NCBI GenBank assembly: GCA_944326605.1
Contig: CALVEM010000005.1
Coordinates: 20,447 to 84,446 of the forward strand
Direction: 5' to 3'
DNA: 64,000 nt
From: Candidatus Gastranaerophilales bacterium
GTDB lineage: Bacteria > Cyanobacteriota > Vampirovibrionia > Gastranaerophilales > Gastranaerophilaceae
Part shown: piece after piece, positions 1 to 10,141 of the stretch
Position numbering within the stretch: position 1 is the stretch's first letter
How the letters are laid out: every line of letters begins with the position of its first letter
The notes under the pieces: generated by a model
What the model was told of the DNA's origin: nothing
What the model saw: the letters and a program-made list of their open reading frames with translations, nothing else
Database searches by the model: none
Program-made: the position numbers and the translations under genes

Positions 1-531
1 TTTTTTTTTAGAAACCGGAGGGGGATTATAGACTATTTCATACTCAGACGGTTTTGAAACTGATGTATTTGAAGAGTTTTTTTTTACCGGTTTATTTTGC
101 GTTTGAGTATAATTGTTTGCAGAAAGTCTTTCCTGCCCGGCAGAAGGTGCGGCAAGTCGGATTTGCTCCGGTATGTTAGCGGCAGTCTGTTGATTTGCAG
201 ACTGTCCCTGATAGTAAGCAGGAGTATCATCCCATATTGTATCAATATCAGGTATTTTCGGCTTTGTAACTGACGGTTTCGGTTTTGGCTTTTCAGCCGG
301 TTTAGTTTCGGTTTTCACCGGAATTAACCAGACTAGAATTGAAATAATTATACAGATTGCAAAAAACAATCTTGAAACAAGTTCCGATTTCGCCTCCAGC
401 GTCATTGCTGTTTGTTTTAATTGCGGTTTTTCCGGAATTTTGTCCTCTATATAATCAAATGTATTATTCCCGCATTCACAATATTCAACTTTAGTTTTAT
501 ATTCAGCTTTACATTCTTTGCATCTGTACAT
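1..531 (-). CDS. Partial (runs off window) zinc-ribbon + TM + Pro/Lys-rich protein, possibly TonB-like
   Basis: Read manually: ATG at 531 gives MYRCKECKAEYKTKVEYCECG (CxxC...CxC), a hydrophobic segment FFAICIIISILVWLI, then a KPKPKP linker; absent from the ORF track because no stop lies in the window. Confidence 0.65.
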   Translation of the reverse strand, partial: MYRCKECKAEYKTKVEYCECGNNTFDYIEDKIPEKPQLKQTAMTLEAKSELVSRLFFAICIIISILVWLIPVKTETKPAEKPKPKPSVTKPKIPDIDTIWDDTPAYYQGQSANQQTAANIPEQIRLAAPSAGQERLSANNYTQTQNKPVKKNSSNTSVSKPSEYEIVYNPPPVSKKK

Positions 532-854
532 AATTTTATCCTATCATAAACACGCCTATTTTATAAACAGCAAATACTATAATCAAAATTATAAGCATTA
601 TGATTATAATAGCTGTCTGTCTTATTATATCAAAGTTTTTTCTTGCCTGTATAAATTTAATAACAAACGGAATTTCCATAATTATAAAAAGCAGTAAACA
701 TATAATTTTAAACACTATTTACTCCTCACAAAGATTATATTTTCAAGCATAATTGTTTTATGCATCTGCGGTTTAATATTAATAATTAATGCAGTTGCAA
801 TTCCAAGTATCAATAATGAAACAATAGTAATAATTGTAATTTTTGTAATACTCA

Positions 855-1670
855 TTAATACGTTATCCTTTCATAATCAGAAAAGTTTTCCGGAGTTGAA
901 AATATTTCCTGTGTACCTATAAGAAATCCGCCTATTACAACTGTTGATGTTCTTTGAGAGCCCAGCGGAAATTTGAGAATAGGTTTTCTCTGAAGATTAG
1001 CAATTGCAGGTTTAACTCTATTCCTTGCAGCGTCCATATAATTCTGGTTAGAACACATAACTTTTATGTTAGAAATATTTCCGAATTTGTCAACAACAAA
1101 TGTGAATGTAAATAAAGTTCCTAAAGGCGCATAATCAATTTGTGAATCCCTCATTATCTGATTTTGGAGGTTGCTGCGCCATTTATTCCATGCAATAATT
1201 TCTTCCTGCTCGGTCATATAGGGGTTTTTATTTGTTTTTTGCGGCTGCGGTTTGACCTCTTTATTCTTAGGTTCGGGCAATTCTACAGCCTCTTCCTGTT
1301 CAGCCTGTTCAATAATTCGCTGCAGAAGTTCAAGCTGAGAGGCAGTATCTGGAACATTTCGCTGCGCAATTCTTCTCTCTCTCTTTTCAATTCTTTGCGG
1401 TTCAGGTTCAATATATTTAGTTGTACTTTGAACCGGAACTTGTTCATTAATCTCAACGGTTTTGGTCTGTTGAGGCTGAGGTTCGGGAGTTGAAGGTTTA
1501 ACCGGCTGTGTTACGGGCAGGTTTTTTGTTGTGATAGTATCGCTTATTCTGGTCAGTTTAAAATGTTCATCTTCTATAATTACAGGCTGATGCATATCAG
1601 GATGAATTTTTATTGTGAAGATGGTAAGTAATATGAATAAGATAATTGTTATAACTTTTAAAAAATCCAT
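855..1670 (-). CDS. TonB C-terminal-domain-like membrane-anchored protein
   Basis: N-terminal TM, Pro/Gln-rich linker, C-terminal WxxWRSxL...FTFVVDKFGNISNIKV resembling TonB_C. Confidence 0.55.
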   Translation of the reverse strand: MDFLKVITIILFILLTIFTIKIHPDMHQPVIIEDEHFKLTRISDTITTKNLPVTQPVKPSTPEPQPQQTKTVEINEQVPVQSTTKYIEPEPQRIEKRERRIAQRNVPDTASQLELLQRIIEQAEQEEAVELPEPKNKEVKPQPQKTNKNPYMTEQEEIIAWNKWRSNLQNQIMRDSQIDYAPLGTLFTFTFVVDKFGNISNIKVMCSNQNYMDAARNRVKPAIANLQRKPILKFPLGSQRTSTVVIGGFLIGTQEIFSTPENFSDYERITY

Positions 1671-1672
1671 AA

Positions 1673-3286
1673 CTAATCTTTATCTACTTTTGCAAGTAAC
1701 TCGTCGCACGCATAGATATCAAATTTTGTCTGGCTGAGCATCATTGTTTCTGCTATCAAAAGTGCTGTCGGAACAAGTGCGGCTACCAAACTTAAAAATA
1801 TACCCTGCATATCTCCGCCGATTTCTGTCATAAAGTATGAAACGTTCATGGCAAATTCTATAAATATAATTGCGCATGCTATTGCAAGCGAGCGATTTTT
1901 TTCTGAATTCAGTCTTCTAACCCCTTCAAGTCCGTATATCGTGACCCCGTGGTGCTGATAGTCAGAAAATCCGTCCTGTTTGATTACCTGCGAACCCTGT
2001 ATTTTTTTAGTACAGAAAAATGCGTTTACAAAAGAGAAAAAGGCAAAGATAATCAAAAATGTAGCAAGTACTAAAAATACCGGACTTATCCTCAAACCGG
2101 AAATTCTTACCCAACCGGCAGCTTCGGGGAAACACATTGCAAGAGTATTTGAAACACCGTAAGCAAGAAACGGCGCTGTTAAAATCCCGACAACTGTTTC
2201 TCCGACTGATTTTAACTGGAGATTAAACATTTTATCTCTTATGTATTGAAGTTTTCCGTTGCTTAAACTGTTTATGTATCTTTCAATCCATTGTCTGTAT
2301 GATTTGATAACACTTTCAAAATCTTCTCTGTATTCATATTTATCCAGTGTCATGGTCCATTCAAATCCGTTGCACTTGAAGTATCCGCAGCTTATTGCAA
2401 GGACTGCCATTATGCCTGCAAAAAAGAAGGAAATAAATATTGCAAATGTCATAAAATCATTTAAATTCATATAATATACAAGATTTACAACATAAATTCC
2501 GAGTACGAATATCAAAGAAAATATCAGCATAAAACTCTGCCCGAGTTTGGCAGATCTTGACATTTCTTTTTGTATATTGCTCTGAAGATATAAATAAATC
2601 CCCTGTTTTAACAGCAGGCAGATACCGTAAATTAATATTGTGTAAACACCCCATACTTTGATATTTGTCGGCATGTGGAGAAAATTCGCGCTTTCTTTTA
2701 TTTCAAGTCCCATAAGGTAATTTGATACCCCGAATGCGCATACCATAGCACTCAAAAACATTGCTATATGTAAAAATATACTTGTTTTAGTGTTTGCTGA
2801 AAGTTTTTGTTTCAAATCATTTATGTGGAATGCTACCTGTTTAATTATCGCTACACGGGCATTTTCAAGATCTTCTTTTTGCTTTTCAAGTTTCACTTTT
2901 GTAACGGCGTTGACATCTTTGCCGTAAAGACCTTTAATATCTTCTTCCGTCAAATCTTCTTTACCGATGGAAGTAATTGTTTTGGTATGTAAGTTTTGAG
3001 TTTCTTCAAGAATTTTTACGCTGACAAATTCTTCAGAATTCGCAAACATTAATTTACATACGTTTTTAACTTCAACTCTTTTTACCGGCTGACCTTTAAA
3101 AAGAACTTTGTCGCTTTGAAATGTGTTCATAATAACGCATTTGTTTTCGACCGTACTGTATTGAATTGTGAGCAGGATATCGTAGCCGGGATTTATAACA
3201 ATGTCGCACCCCGGGTTTGTTCCGACATTTATTACATCTTTATTAAATACTTTTTCACCCTGTGAAGTTGAAATTATTACTGCCAT
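1673..3286 (-). CDS. FHA-like domain multi-pass membrane protein (hypothetical)
   Basis: N-terminal VINVGTNPGCDIVI resembles FHA; several TM segments; 537 aa ORF. Confidence 0.5.
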   Translation of the reverse strand: MAVIISTSQGEKVFNKDVINVGTNPGCDIVINPGYDILLTIQYSTVENKCVIMNTFQSDKVLFKGQPVKRVEVKNVCKLMFANSEEFVSVKILEETQNLHTKTITSIGKEDLTEEDIKGLYGKDVNAVTKVKLEKQKEDLENARVAIIKQVAFHINDLKQKLSANTKTSIFLHIAMFLSAMVCAFGVSNYLMGLEIKESANFLHMPTNIKVWGVYTILIYGICLLLKQGIYLYLQSNIQKEMSRSAKLGQSFMLIFSLIFVLGIYVVNLVYYMNLNDFMTFAIFISFFFAGIMAVLAISCGYFKCNGFEWTMTLDKYEYREDFESVIKSYRQWIERYINSLSNGKLQYIRDKMFNLQLKSVGETVVGILTAPFLAYGVSNTLAMCFPEAAGWVRISGLRISPVFLVLATFLIIFAFFSFVNAFFCTKKIQGSQVIKQDGFSDYQHHGVTIYGLEGVRRLNSEKNRSLAIACAIIFIEFAMNVSYFMTEIGGDMQGIFLSLVAALVPTALLIAETMMLSQTKFDIYACDELLAKVDKD

Positions 3287-3335
3287 TTTTACCTCATTTA
3301 TTATAATATTACCGTCGACAATTAATCTTTCGGTT

Positions 3336-4010
3336 TTATCTTCCTATTGCATGAAGAAATCTTCTGATTGATTTATCAATATTTTGTTCAGGCGAAACTA
3401 TCAAATGATTTTCGCCGAGAACAGGTGTAAGCTTTTCTTTTACAAGATCAAGCTTTTCAGGATGTGCGTCCAGAAACATCATTGAAATATCCGGCGCATA
3501 TTTTTTTACGTTCTTAACATTATCGGGAAGAATATCCCAGTTAATTTGTTTTTCAACAGCGCCTTCGTTTTCAAGATCGCCTATTACAACAACAGCAGGA
3601 ACATAGCCGTTCTTTTTCATTGTTAAGGCGTGTGAAAAAGCTTTTTTTAACCCGATACCGTACGCAGTTCCGTAGTCTGTTTCATCATACTTGGTAAAAG
3701 CATTCATTGATTTTGTAATCGTACTGCCGTTCATCGGAGAACCTTCGTAGATAAGGTAAGCGTCCTCGGATACTCTTAAAATCTTAATCTGATCTTCAGG
3801 ATCTAAAAGATTGCAGATTTGGCGCAGAGTTTTTTTCTGTTCGGGTAATCTTTCCTGATTTGAGGCGGAAGAATCTATTAAAAATATTACGGCGGCAGGA
3901 TGAAAGTCATCGACCTTAATCTGTTTTAACCCCGCCCATACAAATTTTAAAGCTACCGAAAGTACAAGAATTATTAAACCTAATGTGACTAACCTTTTAT
4001 TTAACTTCAT
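3336..4010 (-). CDS. VWA (von Willebrand A) domain protein
   Basis: VIFLIDSSAS (DxSxS MIDAS), TAYG, VVVIGD motifs after an N-terminal TM. Confidence 0.75.
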   Translation of the reverse strand: MKLNKRLVTLGLIILVLSVALKFVWAGLKQIKVDDFHPAAVIFLIDSSASNQERLPEQKKTLRQICNLLDPEDQIKILRVSEDAYLIYEGSPMNGSTITKSMNAFTKYDETDYGTAYGIGLKKAFSHALTMKKNGYVPAVVVIGDLENEGAVEKQINWDILPDNVKNVKKYAPDISMMFLDAHPEKLDLVKEKLTPVLGENHLIVSPEQNIDKSIRRFLHAIGR

Positions 4011-4163
4011 TATTCCCGCCTGATATAAAACTTTTAGCTAAGAATAATATAACATATATTTCTTCATTCTGCAAATATATGCTTAAAAAATAAAGTTTTG
4101 TGCTATCTTATTTTCTCTCTGAATTTATATAAGAGTCAAAATATTATAAATTTTACAAATAAA

Positions 4164-4266
4164 GAGATCCCGAAACAAGTTCGGGATGACATAAAAATGC
4201 AGATCGTCATGCTGAATTTATTTCAGCATCTCACTCGGGATAATGTGAGATCCCGAAACAAGTTTG
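4164..4266. repeat. Cluster of three REP-like palindromes (GTCATC..GAA.TT.TTTC..GATCTC family)
   Basis: Copies at 4164-4190, 4206-4232 (opposite orientation) and a degenerate one at 4247-4266. Confidence 0.85.
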
Positions 4267-4285
4267 AGATACTATATAATTTCTA

Positions 4286-4324
4286 AAAACAAACTCCTCA
4301 GAATTTTTCTGTGGAGTTTGTTTT
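4286..4324 (-). terminator. Intrinsic terminator hairpin
   Basis: AAAACAAACTCC-TCAGAA-TTT-TTCTGT-GGAGTTTGTTTT, just downstream of the 4340..5116 gene. Confidence 0.7.
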
Positions 4325-4339
4325 ATTTTTTTATTTAAT

Positions 4340-5116
4340 TTATATTTTTTTATCAAATTTATTTATCTTTGTTTTAAGTTGTTGAACTTCCTCTTTTGAA
4401 AACTTTTTAGCTGATTTTGCAATTTTCTTAAAATTCTTATCTACAACAACTTCTTTATTAAAGTGTGGGACATCAGCTTGTTTCATTTTTACGGAAAGCG
4501 GTTTTGCTTTTTCAACTTCGCCTTTGAGAACTTTTCTTGTATCATCCATCATTCCATTCAACATTTGTTGAAGTTTATTTGTTGTTTGATTATATTTCTC
4601 TAATAGGTATTTAGCATCAAGTTGTTTTGCGAATTCTACACCGTTTTGTTCGTCAAATTCTATATGATGTCTTGTTGCCTGTCCTACTGATGTATCAGCT
4701 GTAACTTTTCCGCCTTTGCGGGACATTCCGATTGCAATATCTTTTCCGTCAGCAGCTTTTCCAGCGTCTATAAAGCCGTTTGCCTGTAATGTTGTCCCTC
4801 CGTCTGCAGATGCACGGTATTTTACAACTGCCTTAGATGAGCCCGGATTTGTGATTGATACAGCTCCCTGACCGATAACTTTTTTACCGTCTCTTAATCT
4901 CATTCCAGCAATTGCATAATTGGATTCTGCTTTGTAAGCTACATCAAGTTTTGGATTTTTTAGACTATCCAAGGTGTTGTGAATAAGTCGTTGTGCATTT
5001 TGATTTTGGCTCCCGAGAGCTTCTAACTGTGTGCGTCCCATAGTGATTCTGCCTGTTGCCCCTTCTGTCTTAGGCAATGCTCTAACAATTTTGCTCATAA
5101 TTTTTCCGATTGACAT
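4340..5116 (-). CDS. Hypothetical protein
   Basis: 258 aa ORF with an AAAGGGG RBS-like sequence; no family recognised. Confidence 0.7.
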   Translation of the reverse strand: MSIGKIMSKIVRALPKTEGATGRITMGRTQLEALGSQNQNAQRLIHNTLDSLKNPKLDVAYKAESNYAIAGMRLRDGKKVIGQGAVSITNPGSSKAVVKYRASADGGTTLQANGFIDAGKAADGKDIAIGMSRKGGKVTADTSVGQATRHHIEFDEQNGVEFAKQLDAKYLLEKYNQTTNKLQQMLNGMMDDTRKVLKGEVEKAKPLSVKMKQADVPHFNKEVVVDKNFKKIAKSAKKFSKEEVQQLKTKINKFDKKI

Positions 5117-5389
5117 AATAATTTTTCCCCTTTCCGTATTTTGACTTCTTCTATAATTTCGTTAAGTGATAAGTGTGATTTGTGTAAATGTGACCCCTTT
5201 TATATTTTGAAAACCGATTTTCCCTTACTCTTTCATAAAAACTTTTGAAAACTTAAAATTGCTAAATTTTATGAAATTAAAAGTATAAATTAGTAAAATA
5301 TAGAATTTACAGTACATTACGGATTTACAAAACTTAATGTAAAATACTTTTAGATACTAAAAATTAAGTTTTAAGAAGTAATAACGGTA

Positions 5390-5716
5390 ATGGGTGTAAA
5401 ACAGGAATTCGGGAAAAAAATAAAAAGAATGCGCATAAATCGCGGGCTGACACAGGAGGAGCTCGCTGAAGCTGTTGATTTGTCCCAGCGTGCGATGAGC
5501 GGAATTGAAACGGGGGAAAACTTTGTGTCGGCCGAAACTATTGATAAGCTTGTTAAAGCGCTTGATACAACGCTTGAAGAACTGTTTGCAACAGATCATT
5601 TAAAAGTAGATACTGAACTCCGTCAGGAAATTGATGAAAAACTTGATTACCTGAACAATGACAGTGAAAAACTTATTATAGTCTATAATGTGGTAAAAAG
5701 TCTTTTGAAAGAGTAA
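5390..5716 (+). CDS. XRE-family HTH transcriptional regulator
   Basis: FGKKIKRMRINRGLTQEELAEAVDLSQRAMSGIETG. Confidence 0.9.
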   Translation: MGVKQEFGKKIKRMRINRGLTQEELAEAVDLSQRAMSGIETGENFVSAETIDKLVKALDTTLEELFATDHLKVDTELRQEIDEKLDYLNNDSEKLIIVYNVVKSLLKE

Positions 5717-5730
5717 ATTGTTATTAGGAA

Positions 5731-5762
5731 GTGAATAGGTGAATGGGTTAATAAGTGAATAA
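5731..5762. repeat. Free 4x octamer array (GTGAATAA family)
   Basis: GTGAATAG GTGAATGG GTTAATAA GTGAATAA; same family as the array inside the pilin leaders. Confidence 0.75.
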
Positions 5763-5886
5763 GTCCTTTATAAAATAGATATTTGTGAAATTTTTGCAAT
5801 AAACATTTTATGAAATATTAATAAGATCGCACAACAAGTGCGCGATGACATAAGATTAAAATTATACTCCTATTAACTTATTTTCT

Positions 5887-6699
5887 TTATTCCGCTATAT
5901 TCGTATACGGCGAAACTGTCAAAGGTGCTGAAAGTTTCAGCTCAAACGTAGTTCCGTCGGGAATATTCACATCACGTCCTCTTTGCATTGCTCCGCGTAA
6001 TCCTCCGCCTAAAGCTCCAACACCGCCATAGATTAACATATTTCTTCCCCAGTCATCGCCGCCGCCAAGTGCTGTGAAGGCGGCTCCTATTAACATGGTT
6101 CCGAGAGCGCCGACAACAATATCTCTTGTCATTTTTTTAGCGCGTTCATTTTCCTCTTCCATATAAATTTTTTCTGTTGAAATATCAATCAGATTGCCGT
6201 CAGGAGTTAAAATTTGATTAAAACTGAATTCCACGGCGCCGCTTCCGTATGCATAACCTGCATTTTGCGCATCTGTAGCCGTGCCGTATACAAGACTTCC
6301 CGCAGGTGCTATTAAAACTCCGTTATATACAAAATTTTCAGTTAGTGTCGCTGTTAATCTGTCGTCTTTTTCCAGACTGCCGGAATTTATTCCGGAATCA
6401 AAGGTGATTTTGAAAACAGTGCCGGCAGGAATTTGAACAACATTTCCGGTAAGGGTTCGGGGGGGGGGCGGCTCATAAGTATTATTTAAAATCTCTTCCT
6501 GTATAATTGGCGGATTATAATTCGTTCTGTCCTGATGTTCTCTTTTTTTATAAAAATTATTTTCAACCGGTGCGGATTGGACGGGCTGAAACCTTTTTCT
6601 GTCAAATTCCGCCTGTGCCTCATCGCTGAAATCATATTCAGCCAGAACAGGAAGTGCTAATATTTGAAAACTTATTAAGAGAGCCAGAATCTTTTTCAT
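5887..6699 (-). CDS. Secreted protein with glycine-zipper segment; contains an in-frame C10 tract
   Basis: Signal peptide MKKILALLISFQILALPVLA; IPAGT...IPAGS beta domain and GALGGGLRG zipper; C10 encodes EPPPPR. Confidence 0.7.
   Translation of the reverse strand: MKKILALLISFQILALPVLAEYDFSDEAQAEFDRKRFQPVQSAPVENNFYKKREHQDRTNYNPPIIQEEILNNTYEPPPPRTLTGNVVQIPAGTVFKITFDSGINSGSLEKDDRLTATLTENFVYNGVLIAPAGSLVYGTATDAQNAGYAYGSGAVEFSFNQILTPDGNLIDISTEKIYMEEENERAKKMTRDIVVGALGTMLIGAAFTALGGGDDWGRNMLIYGGVGALGGGLRGAMQRGRDVNIPDGTTFELKLSAPLTVSPYTNIAE
6459..6468 (-). repeat. Homopolymer C10 (G10 on + strand) inside a CDS
   Basis: Directly counted, 6459-6468. Confidence 0.9.
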
Positions 6700-6770
6700 T
6701 ATGTTTAATAATATACTAATTCTTGAATTATTACAATATCCCTGTTATAATCAATTGTGAATTTATTTTT

Positions 6771-6827
6771 GTCATCCTGAATTTATTTCAGGATCCTGAT
6801 AAGATTATGAAACAAGTTCAGAATGAC
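6771..6827. repeat. Inverted pair of REP-like palindromes
   Basis: gtcatcctgaatttatttcaggatcc followed by an inverted copy ending ttcagaatgac. Confidence 0.85.
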
Positions 6828-6875
6828 TAAGATAACGTAATATAGAAAATTTGGAAACGTATAAAGAGAGTAACA

Positions 6876-7481
6876 ATGGAAAATTTATTGGAAATACTGG
6901 CAGTAGTAGTTAGTGCATATATTATCGGTTCAATTCCGACAGGATATATAATAGTAAAAGTTTTTACGGGAGAAGATATTAGAACAATCGGCTCCGGATC
7001 TACAGGTGCGACTAATGTTAAACGTGTAATGGGTAAAAAATGGTTTTTTATAACTTTATTACTTGATGCTTTTAAAGGCGCTTTGCCTGTTGTACTGGCT
7101 GCTTTATTTGCAAAGACTTTTACTGGTATCGGACTTTTACCGGTGCTGGCTGCAGTTGCCGTTATTATCGGGCACAGCAAATCAATTTTTCTCAAGTTTA
7201 CCGGCGGAAAATCTGTAGCATCCGGTGTAGGAACAATTCTTGCTTTAAACTGGCAGGTTGGGCTGATTATAGCTGCTATTTGGGCTGTCATAACATTTTT
7301 CACAAGATATGTTTCAGTCGGTTCAATAATAGCCCTCGCATTGTCGCCTTTTATAATGTGGGCTTTTAAAGCTCCTGTTGCGTACATTTGTTATTGCGCT
7401 TTAGGTGCTTTATATATAATCTGGCTTCACCGTTCAAATATTCAAAGACTTATTAAAGGTGAAGAAAACAAGGTGAGATAA
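6876..7481 (+). CDS. plsY: Glycerol-3-phosphate acyltransferase PlsY
   Basis: YIIGSIP, GSGSTGATNV, GHSKSIF..GGKSVA, HRSNIQRLIKGEE motifs. Confidence 0.97.
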   Translation: MENLLEILAVVVSAYIIGSIPTGYIIVKVFTGEDIRTIGSGSTGATNVKRVMGKKWFFITLLLDAFKGALPVVLAALFAKTFTGIGLLPVLAAVAVIIGHSKSIFLKFTGGKSVASGVGTILALNWQVGLIIAAIWAVITFFTRYVSVGSIIALALSPFIMWAFKAPVAYICYCALGALYIIWLHRSNIQRLIKGEENKVR

Positions 7482-7482
7482 G

Positions 7483-7713
7483 ATGGATTTTACAATACTT
7501 TTAATCGGCTTAGGTATAATTGTAGCACTATTTATTATAGGAAAAATCTTTGCAATATTGACAAAAATTTTAGTAGTAATTCTTATTGTTGCAGCTCTTG
7601 CTGTAGGATTTTTTATCTGGCAGAATAAAGATAACTATTTGAGTAAAACAGGGACAGCTAATTCATATATAATTCTTGTAAACTACTATGCTTCTATGCC
7701 TCTATGCATCTAA
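7483..7713 (+). CDS. Small membrane protein
   Basis: Two hydrophobic segments; starts directly after plsY. Confidence 0.6.
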   Translation: MDFTILLIGLGIIVALFIIGKIFAILTKILVVILIVAALAVGFFIWQNKDNYLSKTGTANSYIILVNYYASMPLCI

Positions 7714-7721
7714 ATAGTTTT

Positions 7722-10052
7722 TTATCCTTTAACCATTTGTCTAAGTACGCTGCTGTTTGTAAAATTTATATCCTGAGAAGTTTTTTCTTCCGTCTGAGGT
7801 GCATTTTTAGGTTCTACTTCATAAGTTTTAATCGGACGTTTGCCGGTTAACCGTTTCATAAAGTCAAAGTATGCTTTTTTAATTCCGGTTGCACTGTTTT
7901 GTTTATTTTCAAGTTCAATAAGTTCATCTCTTGAGTGTGTTCCGATAGGCACTCCGACAGATGCTCTTGTCAGCCATTCTCCGAGAGTTGTATTTGTAAG
8001 TGTAATCCAGCTCATTCCGAAAAGTGATCCGTTGTATTGACGTCTGAATGTGCTGTTAAACAGGTCAATCAACAATGTCTGGTAGAATAGTCTGGAGCCT
8101 TCCTGTACAAATCTTTCTTTGAATTTGGTTTGTGCACCTTCCACATCGTTGCCGTTTGACTTTAACATAACCATGTTGTAGTTATCAGTCATTAAGAACC
8201 AGATTGTTGCAGCCAGTGCTGCTGTTTTGGCAAGATTTGAAAGTTCGCTGTTTGAAACATTTGACATTGTGTCTACATTGAAGGCTTTTAATATATTGTC
8301 ACTTACATAATCTTTAAATTCTTTTTGTGTTATTTTACCGTTAGAATATTTTTCTGCTTCGCGGCCGATATTCTGGACACTTTTTGCTAAAGCTGATATA
8401 TCTTCTACTTTTTTAGCAGATTTTTTAACACTTTTAGAAGAGATTGATTTTATTGCATCATCAACAAATTTATAAGGCATTGTACCATACTTCCATATAA
8501 ATTTAAAAGGAGCAATAAAGAAGTCGACTAAAGGTTTAATTTTCTTCTCTTTACCGCCGAGGCTGATTGTTCCGTCATGGTTAACCGCTTTAGAAGCTAT
8601 CTGCCTGTATTGAGCTGCAAGTTCGGTAAATCCGTTTTCTTCAAGTACTTTTGTGATATTGTTGAATTTTTCTTTTGATATTTTGAAATCTTTAATTTGA
8701 GTTGTATCATTATATATTCTTTTGAAGAAGCCGGAAAACTCTTTCCACGCATTATCAACTGTTTTAATTTTTCTTATTCCTTTTACGGCAAAGCCACCTG
8801 CAATAATTACACCTACTGCCTTTGCAACTGTGCCGAATGATAACAGCGGTTTTTGCTGTTTGTCTTCTTTATGTTCAGAAGATTTAAACGACAAGTCAGG
8901 TTTAATTTTAGCTTCCGGAGCCTGGTTGCGTTCATTTTCGGCTCTGGCTTCTTCAGGGGTTAATCTTGTAATATGTTTTCCGTTAATTAAACGGGAGAAT
9001 GCTTCTGTAGTAAGTGTTGTCAAGGCTGTCATTAACATAATTCCCATTTTGGAATTATTAATATACTTGTTTAATGCTCCTAATGTAACCAGTGTGATAT
9101 AAGCATTGAAGCCTATTCTTGCCATTTCTTGTTTAAATCTTACTTTTTGTTCATGGGATGCTGCATTTTTATCATCATCCATCATTCTTGAAAGGTTATA
9201 TGCGTCATTCGCAAGAAATATTGCCGGCGGAAGACCTGAAACAAGTCTGTTTAATGATCTTTCATGCTTTGTGTCGTAATTTCCTGTTTTAGGATCAAAC
9301 ATTTTAACCGAACGTTGGAATATTGCTGAGGTAATTTCATCTTTCGGTTTATTTTTAAGTTTGTCTGCTGTTTCAAAAAGTCCGCGCAGTGAATTGACCT
9401 GAGCATCTATTTTTGAACGTTGTCTGATTTTTTTGAAAAGCGGTTTGTTATATGTGCTGATTGACCATTGTTTAAATGGTTTAACTTTCCCCAGCAATTC
9501 GACAGTGCCGTTCAAAATATCACCCGGCAGGATTTTGAACGGATACATAAGCCCGTCCCAGATTAGCTGCGGAATTGTCTTTTTTCTGAAGGTTATTTTG
9601 TCACCTTCTACATTAATCATTTTTTTAGCAAAATCTGACTTTTTCAGGTGTTCCAGAAGTTCTTCGCCAATTGATGTTGTTACATCTTTACCGTCAATTT
9701 TTCTGGTTATTCCCATATAATCTTTGGTAAATTGTTTAAATTCTTTAATGCTGTATGTACCGGCTTTTTTGTATGCAGGAGCCAGTCTTAACCCGAGACC
9801 GATACCGGCAAGCGTTCCTAGCATTGCAAGCGTCGGAGCCAGAGCAGAAGGTTTTTTGTTCTCTTTTTTATTCCCGCTAAAAGAAAGACCTTTAAAAGAT
9901 AAATCCTGGTGATTATTTTTTAAAGGTCTCTCGTTTAAATTATTTTTTAAAGACATGAACTCGGAAGAAAGAGGAACATGTTTGACAGATAAATCTTCCT
10001 TGGGCTTCTGTCGCTGTTTTACAGTATCGTAAGTTAATTTTCCTACTAACAT
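7722..10052 (-). CDS. Large hypothetical membrane-associated protein
   Basis: 776 aa ORF with internally repeated segments (NDAYNLS.. / TDNYNMV..) and LSFKG-type motifs. Confidence 0.75.
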   Translation of the reverse strand: MLVGKLTYDTVKQRQKPKEDLSVKHVPLSSEFMSLKNNLNERPLKNNHQDLSFKGLSFSGNKKENKKPSALAPTLAMLGTLAGIGLGLRLAPAYKKAGTYSIKEFKQFTKDYMGITRKIDGKDVTTSIGEELLEHLKKSDFAKKMINVEGDKITFRKKTIPQLIWDGLMYPFKILPGDILNGTVELLGKVKPFKQWSISTYNKPLFKKIRQRSKIDAQVNSLRGLFETADKLKNKPKDEITSAIFQRSVKMFDPKTGNYDTKHERSLNRLVSGLPPAIFLANDAYNLSRMMDDDKNAASHEQKVRFKQEMARIGFNAYITLVTLGALNKYINNSKMGIMLMTALTTLTTEAFSRLINGKHITRLTPEEARAENERNQAPEAKIKPDLSFKSSEHKEDKQQKPLLSFGTVAKAVGVIIAGGFAVKGIRKIKTVDNAWKEFSGFFKRIYNDTTQIKDFKISKEKFNNITKVLEENGFTELAAQYRQIASKAVNHDGTISLGGKEKKIKPLVDFFIAPFKFIWKYGTMPYKFVDDAIKSISSKSVKKSAKKVEDISALAKSVQNIGREAEKYSNGKITQKEFKDYVSDNILKAFNVDTMSNVSNSELSNLAKTAALAATIWFLMTDNYNMVMLKSNGNDVEGAQTKFKERFVQEGSRLFYQTLLIDLFNSTFRRQYNGSLFGMSWITLTNTTLGEWLTRASVGVPIGTHSRDELIELENKQNSATGIKKAYFDFMKRLTGKRPIKTYEVEPKNAPQTEEKTSQDINFTNSSVLRQMVKG

Positions 10053-10141
10053 TTCTTTTCCTTCCCGTCATGTATTTTTACGTGAAAAGAAAAATTTGAC
10101 AAGTGGGAGTATATACAAAATTTACAGTATTTAACAAATAT

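Noticed and set aside
4164-4266. Repeat-spacer-like pattern resembling a mini CRISPR array
   Set aside because: Copies alternate in orientation, spacers are only ~15 nt and irregular, the same unit is dispersed across the window, and there are no cas genes; it is a REP/BIME-type cluster.
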